The notes below the pieces were generated by a model that made no database searches, had not been told where the DNA came from, and saw only the letters and a program-made list of their open reading frames with translations. Positions 12,849 through 26,169 of a stretch of 64,000 nucleotides of DNA are shown in pieces. Position 1 is the stretch's first letter. Each line of letters begins with the position of its first letter. Source of the stretch: Octopus vulgaris. Its lineage: Eukaryota. Made by a program: the position numbers and the translations under genes. Location: positions 53,568,001-53,632,000 of the forward strand of contig OX597831.1 of the NCBI GenBank assembly GCA_951406725.2, written 5' to 3'.

Positions 12849-13694
12849 ACCCAAGAAAACCTGGGACGAGGTGGTGAAGCACGACCTTCGAACTTTAGGT
12901 CTCACTGAGGAAATGACTAGAGACCGAGACCTCTGGAAGTATGCTGTGCGCGAGAAGACCCGGCAGGACAAGTGAGACCATAATCTGTGGCCTTCTACAT
13001 GGGATGGAGCCAGCCTACGTATGCATACCTTCCCTTCTTGGGACACAAAACTCTACTTGTAAAGACCTGTTGAGGCAAGTGAGGATCAGAATCGAAATCG
13101 ATCAATGGAAATTGCAGCTGAGTTACCAGTGCCGGCGGCACGTAAGAGAACCATCCGTTCGTGACCGTGTCCAGCGCTGCCCTGACTGGCCTTGTGCCGG
13201 TGGCATGTAAAAAGCACCATCCGTTCGTGTCCGTTGCCAGCCTCGCCTGGCCCCCGTGCCGGTGGCACGTAAAAGCACCATCCGCTCGTGTCCGTTGCCA
13301 GCCTCGCCTGGCCCCCGTGCCGGTGGCACGTAAAAGCACCATCCGTTCATGTCCGTTGCCAGCCTCGCCTGGCCCCCATGCCGGTGGCACGTAAAAGCAC
13401 CATCCGTTCGTGTCTGTTGCCAGCCACGCCTGGCCCCTGTGCCGGTGGCACGTAAAAGCACCATCCGTTCGTGGCCGTTTGCCAGCTCTGTCTGGCACCT
13501 GTGCGGGTGGCACGTAAAAAGCACCCACTGCACTCACGGAGTGGTTGGCGTTAGGAAGGGCATCCAGCCGTAGAAACACTGCCAGATCTGACTGGGCCTG
13601 ATGAAGCCTTCTGGCTTCACAGACCCCAGTTGAACCGTCCAACCCATGCTAGCATGGAAAACGGACGCTAAATAATGATGATGATGATGATGAT
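12849..13694 (+). mobile_element. Young RTE LINE 3' fragment with 61-bp tandem array in 3'UTR
   Basis: Near-identical to ~60990-61730. GTGCCGG(T)GGCA-type unit starts at ~13194, 13256, 13317, 13378, 13439 and 13501; (GAT)n tail. Confidence 0.93.
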
Positions 13695-14445
13695 TGCAAC
13701 TCTCCATCTTATGTATCTCCTCTTGTTTTGCTTAGTCCATTCTAGACAGAATGGGTGGAGACACATGGGATGGAGATTTACTAAAGAGGTCACTGGTGTG
13801 TGACAAAAGATTTCCAGACAATGGACATAAAATAAGAACAACAATAAACAAGTGATGGATGTGCTTATTTGGCAAGAGAAAAAAAAAGACCATCCCAAAA
13901 TGTAACAATATCTTATTCAACACATGATTTCACATAAGGAATTTTGCAAAACAAATATATAAATGTATATATATATATATAACATAAAGAGTTCATAGAT
14001 CACCATTTATAATGACATGGTATGGAAAGAAGAATGATAAGTTGAAAAAGTGACAATTTATTCCTCTCATTATAATAATGGATTGCCAAAGGGAATTTGG
14101 AACAAACATTCAAATGACTTCAGTTTTACTGGGTCTGATGATGTAGTTGTGGTCTGCTGTCTGTTGCTGCAATGATGAAGACAGGCAATGACTGGTTGAA
14201 GAAAGCTGTGAGACTGGCTGGTATCTGTTCATTGGTGGCTGGTCCCAAAAATCTAGAGTGGGAGAAACTCATGTTTTTATAACCATGGGTAGACTCCACA
14301 GGTAAAAATGAATTTTCCTGCATTGGAAACAATTTTTGTTGTAAACACACAATTGGAAAGTTAAAACCGAACAATATCTGCAACTAAATTGGTCAACAAC
14401 TGGGTCATATGACTTGATGCTGAGAAAATCTGGTGAGCCCAATTG

Positions 14446-14490
<45 letters not shown>

Positions 14491-14494
<4 letters not shown>

Positions 14495-14625
14495 AATTAC
14501 TATACATAAACACCACATGCTAGGAGGGACTCTTAAAAATCAAAACTACCAAACTATTTATTTTGGTAGTTTTGACTTTAAGAGTCCCTCCTAGCATGTG
14601 GCATTTATGTGTAGTAATGCTCTCT
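14491..14625. repeat. ~135-bp hairpin in TA-flanked element
   Basis: CCACATGCTAGGAGGGACTCTTAAA...CAAAACTACCAAA pairs with TTTGGTAGTTTTG...TTTAAGAGTCCCTCCTAGCATGTGG across a short loop. Confidence 0.88.
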
Positions 14626-14754
14626 ATATTATATAAATAAATATATTTAAGAGAAAAATTGGTAGATTTTTCTCTTATGAGGTTTTTCACGCTAACTACT
14701 TGATAAATTCTTCTAAAGATTTTATCCTATTTTTAAATTGTATATATATATATA

Positions 14755-15658
14755 CTAGGTGGTATAAAATGTTCCTGGGCTAATTCTGTAGAGTGTCAAA
14801 TGATGGCAGAACATGGTTGCATGTACAGTGAGAGCTAACAGTGACCTTCATGGGGTAGTGGGCTGAGTGACATCACTGTGTTTACTTCACAGGTTGTGAA
14901 ATTTGTGTTTTTTCTGATCATGTGTATGCTGTAGTTTACGACTTTTGTCATGGACAAGAAGTTGGAACAAAGAGCCAACATGAAATTTTGTGTTAAACTT
15001 GGGAAGTCTGCTAGAGACATTGAGCATGCTTCAGCAAGCTTACGGCAATGAGGCAATGGGTCGTATGTAATGTTTTGAGTGGTATGGTTGCTTTGAAAGC
15101 AGAAGAATGTCTGTGGAAGACGATGAGCAATCTGGAAGACCTGCCATGAGTGTCACCCCTGGAAGTGTGGAGAAAATTCATCAGCTTGTGCACGATGATC
15201 ATTGGAAAACAATCAATGACATTTTGAAATTTTTGAGGGAGGACGTTCAGCTAAAGTGACTGGATCTGTGAAGGGTGAAGAATTGGATTCTTCATGATGA
15301 CAATGTACCCTATCATTGAGCTCTCCTCACTTGCATGTTTCTCACTAAGAACAACATGGTATCATTTCTGCACCTGCCCCATTCACTAGATGACCATCTC
15401 TTCCCTGAGATGAAAATTCAGCTCAGAGGCTGCCGTTTCAACACTGTTGTTGAGATCAAGCGTGAATCACAGAAGGTCCTCAACTCTCTCAAGGAAAATG
15501 ATTTCCAGACTTGATTTCAGAAGTAGCAGAAATGCTGGGCGCCATCAAATTGCTGCACAAGGTGACTATTTCAAATGAGATAATATTAAAACTTAGGTAA
15601 ATAAGTTAATTTTTTTATTAAACATAACATGTCTGGAAACATTTCAAAACCACCTCGG
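14755..15658 (+). mobile_element. Decayed, internally deleted mariner
   Basis: From 14950: MDKKLEQRANMKFCVKLGKSA...AYGNEAMG...EDDEQSGRP, later WILHDDN; imperfect TIRs (AGGTGG.. / ..CCACCTCG) with TA. Confidence 0.85.
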
Positions 15659-15691
15659 TACATATATATGTATGTATGAGTGGTGTGTGCA

Positions 15692-15815
<124 letters not shown>

Positions 15816-16036
15816 TTAGGGAGTATAACTCCAAACTTACAGGGAAAAATTCAATTTAGTATTAAATTAAATTTCACAATATAAATATGTAATATATAAA
15901 TTAGAGAATAATTATATTTATATGTTTTATATAATTTTTTTCTGAATTTGTTTTAAAAAATATATTTTATTTTTATTTATGATTTGGTTTATGTCTATCA
16001 TTGTTTGAATTGCATAATAGTGGTTTTTCTCTAATT

Positions 16037-16114
<78 letters not shown>

Positions 16115-16406
16115 TTTCAAGGGCAGTATATATGTGTGTGTGTGTGTATGTGAGTGTGGGTGTGTGTGTATATGTGTGTATGTGTATATATATACGTGTG
16201 TGTGTGTGTGTGTGTATGTATATATATATATGTATGTACATATTTCTGTATGTACATATTTCTGTATGTATATATGTGTGTGTGTGTGTGTGTATGTATA
16301 CAAATTCAGAAAAAAATACACACACACACACATGCACACATGCACACATACATGCACACACACATGCACACACACACACACACACACACACACGTACACA
16401 CACACA

Positions 16407-16443
<37 letters not shown>

Positions 16444-16833
16444 ATTTGTACATGTATAAATCTTTTATTAAAACTTTTGTTCTTCTGTATTTTGTTGGCA
16501 ACAGTAATTTGAGAGTTTGTTTTTTATATAATGTGAATTACAATTGTTTTGGGAATGTTCAATTAAAAGAATTATTAGTGGGTCAGAGAAGAATTGTGAA
16601 TTTCAAATAAACTGCCCATTAAATAGTGGACAGGCTTGAGAGGAACTGAAACTCAATGAAGCATAGACACACACACTCACACACGTTCGTGAATACACAC
16701 GCACACATGCATACACCACAGTGCATTCAAGCTTACATAAGGAAGCAATTAAATATACTTTTACATAAGACCATTATCATATAAATATACATTGTATTAT
16801 ATCTATAGAACAGTTACATTTAGATATTTTTCT

Positions 16834-16879
<46 letters not shown>

Positions 16880-17086
16880 ACACACAAACATAAAAACACA
16901 CAAACACACACACACACAGAGTCACATATGCACACACACACCTGCAACATGATTATTTAACGTTCCCAAGTATATACATACATAGACATGTATATACACA
17001 CACACATACACATATAGGTACATATATATATATGTATATATGTATATATATGTACATATACATATATATACATATATATATGTATA

Positions 17087-17149
<63 letters not shown>

Positions 17150-17172
17150 GTATGTGTATATATATATCTATC

Positions 17173-17211
<39 letters not shown>

Positions 17212-17276
17212 GTATGTATATATATATATATAGATACACACCTATATTTACACACACACATGTATATAGTTCTTAC

Positions 17277-17361
<85 letters not shown>

Positions 17362-17424
17362 TACACATATATATATCCTTGTATGTTTACATATCTATGT
17401 ATATATATATTTATATATCTATAT

Positions 17425-17463
<39 letters not shown>

Positions 17464-17905
17464 TATAATTCTTATCACTATGTACATATATACACATGTA
17501 TACATATAGCTGTACACCTTCATTCATATGCACATATATGCAAACATATACACACATAGATATACACCTTGATTCATATATACATACACAAATATGCACA
17601 CATATCTACAGGCAACACAAAGCTTACAAGTTAAATACGAGGCACTGTAATAAAGATACAGTTTAGAGAAGCATGCAAACATAATTGCAAGCACACATTC
17701 AAGTATGAATTCAATGTAGACATACACACACACATACACACACTCATATGGTAGACAAATAAACACATACACTTATATAAACAAAGAAACACACATAGAG
17801 AGATACACACATACATTCACACAGAGAGACTCAGACACAGACACACACACAGACACAGACAGACAGACAGACAGACAGACACACACACACACACACACAG
17901 ACACA

Positions 17906-17942
<37 letters not shown>

Positions 17943-17944
17943 AG

Positions 17945-17978
<34 letters not shown>

Positions 17979-17987
17979 ACTCACACA

Positions 17988-18023
<36 letters not shown>

Positions 18024-18159
18024 GCAAGTCACATACCTACACAAATAGGAAAGAAAAGCAAGAAAAAAATAGATTCAGGCAATTACAAAGTGTATTCACA
18101 CAAATGTACATACATACAGACACACACACAAATATTTTATACATATTCTCAAGTATATG

Positions 18160-18206
<47 letters not shown>

Positions 18207-18527
18207 GTTTGTGCTCCTATTAAGCTTATAGAATGCATGTACAATTTCATATGTGCATATCATGCAGATATGCTGCGATGTATACATAAAACAATGATGT
18301 GCAAATTTAAACATATGGAGCTACACTGATGTATTACATTTTATATCAAAATTAAAATAGAATTAATAATTATAACTAAACTATTAAAATATAAAAATTC
18401 AATAAAAAATATAAAAAGTAAAACAAACGATAAAAATGTTTGGTTTTTAAGTCTTCAAAGCTTTCAAAACAGATTAGTAAAGTGCATCTCAATGACTGAG
18501 AAGAAAATGAATATGTCTAAGTATATA

Positions 18528-18610
<83 letters not shown>

Positions 18611-18844
18611 ATACATATGCATATATGATTATCAATGTCATTGATTAATGACCACTTTTTCATGTTTGCATGGGTCAGATGTTAATTTCTTGAGGCATAT
18701 TTTCTATGACTGTATATCTTTCCTGTCATCAACTCTCAACTGTTTCCATGCAAGATAATATTTCTCCTGTGGTGGGACGTATTTTTCATGGAAGACTGGA
18801 AATGAATGACAATGCATTCACGTGATGAGCACACAAACACATGC

Positions 18845-19810
18845 CCATAGGAAAATTTGGTTTGCCCCTCCTTTCTCCCTAAATGTTAAGATTCCTGTCT
18901 TTTTCGGATAAACATGGAGGTGCAATGGCCCAGTGGTTAGGGCAGCGGACTCGTGGTCAGAGGATCATAGTTTTGATTCCTAGACTGGGTGTTGTATTTG
19001 TTTATTGAACGTAAACACCTAAAAGCTCCACGTGGCTCTGGCAGGGGGTGGTGGCGACCCCTGTTGTACTCTTTCACCTCAACTTTCTCTCCCTCTTTCT
19101 TTCTGTTTCTTGAGTAACGCTGTGTTGGACTGGCGTCCTGTCCAGCTGGGAGGAACACATATGCCATAGAAACCGGGAAACCGGGCCCATGAGCCTGGCT
19201 AGGCTTGAAAAGGGCGCATAAATAAATAAATAAATTTTGGATAAACATTTCCCAATAAATCATAACTACAGCAAAATTTTTAACAGATGCTCAATTAAAA
19301 TATCATTCAGCTGCTGCACTAATATGAAGAACATGATAACTTGTAAAAATCACCAAAAGCTCACCCCCAGTTGTAACTGTCAAGACCCTGACACTTGCCC
19401 TCTTGACCAGGCATATGTGATGAACTCCATCATATACAAGGCAGAAGTAACAGCAACACTTCAAGATAAATCAGTTGCAAAGTAGAATTATTCTGGGTTA
19501 TGTGAAGGCAAATTCAAAAACATTATGTAATCTATCTATCTTCTTTCTGCCACATCAACAAAAGTAATGCAACTAAGTTGGCTAGCCACGTATGAAATTT
19601 GAAGACCAGTTCCACACCACATAAAATTAAGTGGAGAATTGGGGAGAAATCCAAGCCACGTGTTAATGGATCTAAGAAATGCAACCTATGTGTAGCAGAA
19701 AGATCTTATATTTTTCTTTGATCCAACAATTCCAACGGACTGCTTAATTCCAGATCTGAAACTTTTAGTAGGTATAAACACAAGGACAGGTATATTTTAT
19801 TGAATTGAAG
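18845..19810 (+). mobile_element. Penelope-like element 3' fragment (C-terminal GIY-YIG region), split by a SINE
   Basis: RKIWFAPPFSLNVK (18845-18890), then DKHFP..KISFSCCTNM..CNCQDPDTCPL..IIYKAEV..YSGLCEGKFK..KKCNLC..LLNSRSE across stops. Confidence 0.75.
18915..19234 (+). mobile_element. tRNA-derived SINE with TSD
   Basis: A/B-box head, (TAAA)n tail, flanking repeats TTTTCGGATAAACA (18901) / TTTTGGATAAACA (19235). Confidence 0.88.
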
Positions 19811-19975
19811 TATAACAGCTCAATCCACTTTGGACATATTTCCTGTTGTTTTGTTCTATACAAGCAGTATCAATTGAAGTTTCTGATGGTTAGTAAGGAT
19901 GAGGATCTTAGTTTTCTTGCTTTCATTTCTTTTATGTCAGGGTTTTTTTCTCACTGTCCAGCATCCTTGTTTTTG

Positions 19976-20034
<59 letters not shown>

Positions 20035-20128
20035 GCATAAACAAAGCCTGAAAGATTGCTTGAAGATGCATGGTGCATTTTATAACATATGCCTAGTTAA
20101 GTATCATAAAAGCATGAAACTAACATTG

Positions 20129-20187
<59 letters not shown>

Positions 20188-21181
20188 TGAGCTGGCAAAA
20201 TTATTAGCATGCCAAACAAAATGCTTAGTAGCTATTAGAAATACAAAATGGCTGATGGTTAGTAAGGAGAGACACACAAATAAGAAAGAAGAAAGCAAAG
20301 GACTACTGATGCGGTCACAGGGGTGTGACGAAAGAACTCTGGCCGAAATAAGATTAAGATTAATGTAAAAAATAAATAACGCTGAAGCAAAGTAACACCA
20401 AATATATAGTGCGTGTGTTTTTATTGGCTAAACTGGCAAAATGACCATTCCTAAATATAACAATATATTTATATGTATATATATATATATATATATAAAT
20501 ATATATATATATGCATATATATATTGGTGCAACTTGGTTTTGTGAGTAAATGCTGATGTGACAATCTGATTAAGCTGAAGTTTTCAGAAAAAGAAATCAA
20601 CCAACAAACTTATACATTACAAATACAATCTGTAAGTAGAACAATGAAAATATGTAAGACTTTTCTCAAGTTTAGAATGTGACATTGTTTTTGCTATCTA
20701 CATTCCCACAAAGGAGCTTTATGTCTTTACTAGAAACTAGCTCCTTCCACATTGGAAGAATCTAAATAATTAAAAACAGAAAAGGATATACCTACATACA
20801 TACACATACCTATACAAAACTATAAAGAAATCTACAGTTACTCTATTTAGATTACAAATTCAGGTTTATATCTATAATTATTGGGGCACTGAGATATGTA
20901 ACACACTGCCTAAGTACCAATCTTGAGAAATTAGGCTTCTCAAAACCAGAAAGAAGAAAGCTGATTTGAAGATTTTAGATCCAACCCATCACTGGAACTG
21001 TAATAATCTGTAAAACTTTCCAGAAGTTTATCATTTAAATATGTATGAGCATGTATAGATATGCAAGTATATGTATGAGAATACATACATAAAACAAAAC
21101 ATACAAATCTACACACATACATACATAAATACATACATACATACATACATATATACATACATACATACATACATAAATACA

Positions 21182-21215
<34 letters not shown>

Positions 21216-22118
21216 CATACATACATACATACATACATACATACATACAAAAATATCCTGTTGTTGATGTTGAAATTCCAATGAAGGAGCTTTGGATCTC
21301 GGTTAAAAACTGGCGCTTTCTCTATTGGCAATAAGACATACATACATACATATATAGAGACAAACAGACAGACAAATAGATTGATCGAGTCAAACACAAA
21401 CGCATACATGACTAGCACATAAGCTTCATATATGTGTGTATATATGAATGTGTGTGTGTGTGCGCGTGTGTGTGTGGATGCGTGCGCACATGCGCTTTCC
21501 TGTGTGTTTGTTTTCATTTGTGCATTCCTGAAAATTGCTGAGCTACAAACTGTGATGTTACTTTCCCTGTCAACAAATTATTTGCCAACCTTCTAGCTTC
21601 AAAGACATGTAGAATACATTACTGGAAAGACAAGATCCCTTACCTGGATGAAGGGAAGGGTTATTGAGAGGAAATGTATCAAATTGTGAAACAATACCTC
21701 AAAAATATACTCACCTAACCCACCGTAGCATGGAAAATCAGACATAAAAATAAATGAAGAAATATATATGTGCATATGTTCTCTTTTAGTTTACTGGAAA
21801 TTTTCTTGAAAGGAAAAGCTGGTTTCTGACTTAAGATACAAAGCTTCAGGTGCTGTCTGAGAGATTCCATACAATGTTCAAAAGCTGTCTGCATTGATCT
21901 CAAGCATCTAACTTCTTCATCTCTTCTTAGGCAGAGCATATTGGTAACTCTGTTTTTGTGGAAATTTCCAGCCTGATGCCAGGATGTCACAGGTTTTAAT
22001 ATCTATGAAATGAAATTCCTCTACAGCCCAAATTTTGGTATCAGTACTGGTATTGCAAATGTATTGTGGGATATTGTCTTGTTGTAAGAGAAGAAAGCGA
22101 ACTGTCAAATATTTTTAA

Positions 22119-22334
22119 CCCTTTAGCATTTAAACCAGCCATTTCCAGCCAAGATAATCTGTTTTGTGTTTAAACTGGCCAGATCTAGCCTCTCACATTT
22201 ATCCTACAATATTATTCTGAAAATAAACAACCACATCATTGGAATCTCAAGGCTACAAGGTAATGCATGACTAATTTATATCAATGTGAATAAATAAGCA
22301 TTACATTTGAGAGAGAAATCTGAATGCTAAAGCA
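22119..22334. mobile_element. piggyBac-type MITE
   Basis: TTAA|CCCTTTAGCATT ... AATGCTAAAGCA|TTAA. Confidence 0.75.
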
Positions 22335-22353
22335 TTAAGTCTGGTGTAATATT

Positions 22354-22555
22354 GGTCACAAATTTTGGCAGAAGGCCAGTAAGTTCTGGGTGGATGAGTC
22401 AATTACATCGACTCTAATTGGTATTTATTTTATGAATCCTGAAAGGATGAAAGGCAAAGTCGACTCTGATGGAATTTGAACTCAGAACATAAAGACATGA
22501 AATATTACTAAGCATTTTGCTTGGTGTGCTAACGATTCCACCAGCTCACAGCCCT
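22354..22555 (-). mobile_element. tRNA-derived SINE with 16-bp TSD
   Basis: AGTCTGGTGTAATATT at 22338-22353 and 22556-22571; B-box reverse complement GGAATTTGAACTC. Confidence 0.85.
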
Positions 22556-23601
22556 AGTCTGGTGTAATATTCTTGGATCACTCTCTCTTCACTCACAGCT
22601 CCTTTGAATATTATATTTTAATCAATGTTCAATGCCTAGATATTTGTTGCTTTCTTTGTATGGAACAGGAGTGGGTGAGCATGAGAGAAAGATGGGGGAA
22701 AGAAAGAGGGTGAAGAGAGAGTGGGGAGAGAAGGGGAGAGGAAGAGAGAGGCAAGAGAAAAGGAGGGAGAGAGAGAGAGAGAGACAGAAACCCATGAAGC
22801 ACAAGTTTGGGATTTTGGGCACTGATTTTCTACCGTCAGTGATCAAATACAAACACTTCTTTTGGCCAAATTCCATTCCTATACCAATTAAGAATATTGT
22901 TATTAAGTTCAACTGTTTTTTTTTTGCATTGCAAAACAATTTTAGTATAGAACTGCTGGTCATCCACAAAGAAATCATGGCTTACATTGGTATCTTTAAC
23001 ATTTGTAGCCCAAATTTAATGCCAAAATAAACAGAATTACCAAAAGACTGTCTTCTAGGAAATATCCCCTTTGAAATATTTGTAATATTGGAGATGGCCA
23101 TTCCGCTACATTGTTCAATATATCCTGCTTTATTTAAAATGGTAGGGTAGCATATGATTTAGTTGTTATTTTTAGCAGGTCAAATGACCACTCACAGGTT
23201 TCCTTGTTAACTCACATAGATGTAAATGTTCATGGCAGATTTCATTCAATAACCTGACTCATTCAGTGAATTTGGTTCATTCTTCAGAAATGATTAGCCT
23301 CTCATTGTAAAACAATCCATTAACAGAAATTGTGCGGCTAAAGCTCTTTTGGATGGAATTTGATGGAATTGTCCTTTTTTCTGTAGTATCATCCTTGAAA
23401 TATCCTGACATAAAAAAAAAGATTAAAAAAAAAAAAAATCCAATGACAAATTTAGTTAGCTGAATTCTCTGATTAATGTTTTTTGGAATGTGATTTGATG
23501 AAATTGTGATTATCTCTTTAGCTCTGATGTTTTGGTGTATCTGTTGTCTCTACATATAGAGACAAAAACATAGAGATATACACAGGCACACAGACACATG
23601 A

Positions 23602-23646
<45 letters not shown>

Positions 23647-23653
23647 TGTATAT

Positions 23654-23654
<1 letters not shown>

Positions 23655-23708
<54 letters not shown>

Positions 23709-23925
23709 CCATCACCATCATCATCATCATCATCATCATCATCGTTTAACGTCTGCTTTCCATGCTAGCATGGGTTGGATGATTTAACTGAGGTCTGGTG
23801 AACCAGATGGCTGCACCAGTCTCCAATCTGATCTGGCAGAGTTTCTACAGCTGGATGCCCTTCCTAATGCCAACCACTCTGAGAGTGTAGAGGGTGCTTT
23901 TTACATGTCACCAGCACAGGAGCCA
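23655..23925 (-). mobile_element. Short RTE 3'-end copy with long (CAT)n tail
   Basis: (CAT)n-CGTTTAACGTCTGCTTTCCATGCTAGCATGGGTTGG...GGATGCCCTTCCTAATGCCAACCACT, the shared RTE 3' terminus. Confidence 0.85.
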
Positions 23926-24032
23926 GTCAGCATTCATATATATACCTCTGTGCTTGAGAAGACTCAGTAAGTCAAGTGAGAACATAACATCGTCTCACTT
24001 AACATACATACATACATACATACATACATACA

Positions 24033-24116
<84 letters not shown>

Positions 24117-24277
24117 CAAAATATGGGGCTTAGTTCACAGGTGATCTAAATGACTAGGTACACTGGGTAAGTGCCAGAGCTCCAAGCTTATAGCTGAGAT
24201 GGGAAATTTTTCTAATAATAATAATGCATATGACTTGAGATGTTCATCTTGTCTTAGCATTTCTTGTCCTCTTTAAG

Positions 24278-24314
<37 letters not shown>

Positions 24315-24559
24315 CAGCCGAAATTGTGAGGATGATCCGGTTCTTGACTGAAGATTAGAGGCTTCGAATGACCCGTCCGTTTTTTTGTGTCGTCTCTTTG
24401 AGTGTTCTGCGTTCTTGTCCCATTTTGTATTTTTATATATTTTTTATACATATATATATGTATAGTCATTGACTAGTGAAAAGGTTGCAAGAATCAACAA
24501 AAATTTTAGAAAAACTAAATAAGTAAATGAGTGGGAATCGAACCAGTAAGTGTGTTTAT

Positions 24560-25030
24560 CAAATCTACTCACAAAACTTTTTTTTAAAAAAGTAGAAAAC
24601 TGCAGAAAGATATGTGCTGTATATGAAGACAGTGATGATGTTAAGCATGTGTGCCAGAAGATGGTTTTCAAAATTTTGATGGAGGAATTTTTCCATTCAA
24701 GATGCACCTCATTCTGACTGACCAAGTGAAATTAATGGTGATAGCCCACCTATTATACCAATCAGAATGATTGTAGATATTCCCCAAATATCTAAATAGA
24801 GTGTTGAAAATCATCTGCATCAACTTGATTACACCAGCTGGCTTAGTGTCTGTTTCCCACATCAATTGAATGAGGTTAACCTCACCCAAAGGATTTCCAT
24901 CTGCAATTCATTGCAGAATTGTGAAGAAAACTTGTTTTTGAAGACAGGGGTGACAGGGGAAGAAACATAGATTATCTATGACAATATGAAATGCAAACAA
25001 TCATAGAAGTGCTGTGAATCACCACAAACA
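24560..25030 (+). mobile_element. Decayed mariner transposase N-terminal/middle fragment
   Basis: RKICAVY..., NLTQRISICNSL..FLKTGVTG.E..IIYDN in broken frames. Confidence 0.7.
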
Positions 25031-25471
25031 ACCCCTTTCAATTTGGTGGCATTATATGTATAAATATTTGCATATATCTGTTAATTCCTACATGTTTTTT
25101 CTCTCTTTGTTTTCTTGTTTTCTCTCCATTTTTTTTCCATTTCATCTCTTTCTGTTGAAGAGCATAGGCTCAAAATGTTCAAAGACTCCCATTCTTCTCG
25201 AGCATCAAACTAATACACCTGCTTGTTCCCTCATGTGTCTTCAGCTTTTGTTTACAGTAAATTTGAATGGTATATATATATATATATTTGAATGGTATAT
25301 ATATATATATATATATACATACATGTGCACACACGCACATGTGCACACACACATGTATATACCCACACACACACACACAAAGACTAAACAGGCAAAACAT
25401 GTAGCATCATTTTAGACCATTAAATTTACAATTTAAGCATAGTGCAGAGTATTTATAGTAAATACGTAAAA

Positions 25472-25568
25472 GTCTCTTACAGCTGTTTCTAGAACAGTTA
25501 AGCACGTGGAGCATATGTCATTGAGTAAAGATTTCCAATGAAAGCTAACTATTCCATCATCGGAGAGA
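25472..25568 (-). ncRNA. Minimal hammerhead motif with U4C core and extended stem II
   Basis: Minus strand reads TCTCT-CCGATGA-TGGAATAGTTAG...TTAACTGTTCTA-GAAAC-AGCT-GTA-AGAGA: 5-bp stem I, ~12-bp stem II. Confidence 0.6.
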
Positions 25569-25941
25569 GGAATAAATAAAGAATATCCTTAATCAACAAT
25601 ATTAGTAGTTACCAGTTCGTAAACAAATTAAGGAGTGTCCAAAGTATTTCCTATAGCTACTCCGCACTATCTTTAAGTTATAAATTAAACACCCTAAAGT
25701 GATACCACATGTTTTGCTTGTTTATTCTCTATTATATAATATATACCTATCTAATATATATCTACCTGCTCTACAATGAACCATTTCTAGCCCTCTTTGA
25801 TAGGCAGCCTCAGCACAAACTTTTTTCCAGGTGCAGTTCAAGCCAGAGTTTTAGTGGTAAGCCAAACCAAGCCCCTATACTACATACCTATTACAATATG
25901 TCATTAGATGAAAATCTTTTAAATATATATAGATATATACA

Positions 25942-25984
<43 letters not shown>

Positions 25985-26169
25985 GTGTGTGTGTGTATGT
26001 ATGTACGTATGTATGTATGTATGTGTGTGCGTGTGTGTGTGTGTGTGTGTGTATTAATTGTAGTGTACAGTATTATCTTTCCATCCAACAATGGGGAGCA
26101 ATCACTATATTTCATTCCATAATGGCTATCTCTGAAGAGCACAGGGTTACATAAGTGGACTGTGACCTA

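Larger units (their letters stand above)
21800..23410 (-). mobile_element. Highly decayed R4/Dong LINE RT with nested insertions
   Basis: Minus-strand remnants SHDFFVDD, IGMEFGQKKCLYL, NKYLGIE, IDIKT..IL..GNFHKN and SLRQHL. Confidence 0.7.

Noticed and set aside
13129-13530. Regular repeat that might be taken for a CRISPR array
   Set aside because: Contiguous 61-bp tandem units without unique spacers, inside a LINE 3'UTR in eukaryotic DNA; no cas genes.
14100-14445. Possible Tc1 remnant on the minus strand (SPDF.SI-like)
   Set aside because: Single weak motif, no TIR; cannot be supported.
20595-20655. Possible minus-strand micro-exon (good TTTTCATTGTTCTACTTACAG acceptor)
   Set aside because: Weak donor, no partner exons or homology; needs RNA-seq.
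21715-22108. Complex-looking ORFs as possible host exons
   Set aside because: Adjacent frames match the post-RT region of an R4/Dong LINE, colinear with RT remnants upstream.
24320-24440. CTGAAGA...CGAATG hammerhead-like string in a TA-flanked repeat
   Set aside because: No GAAA and no convincing stems I-III.
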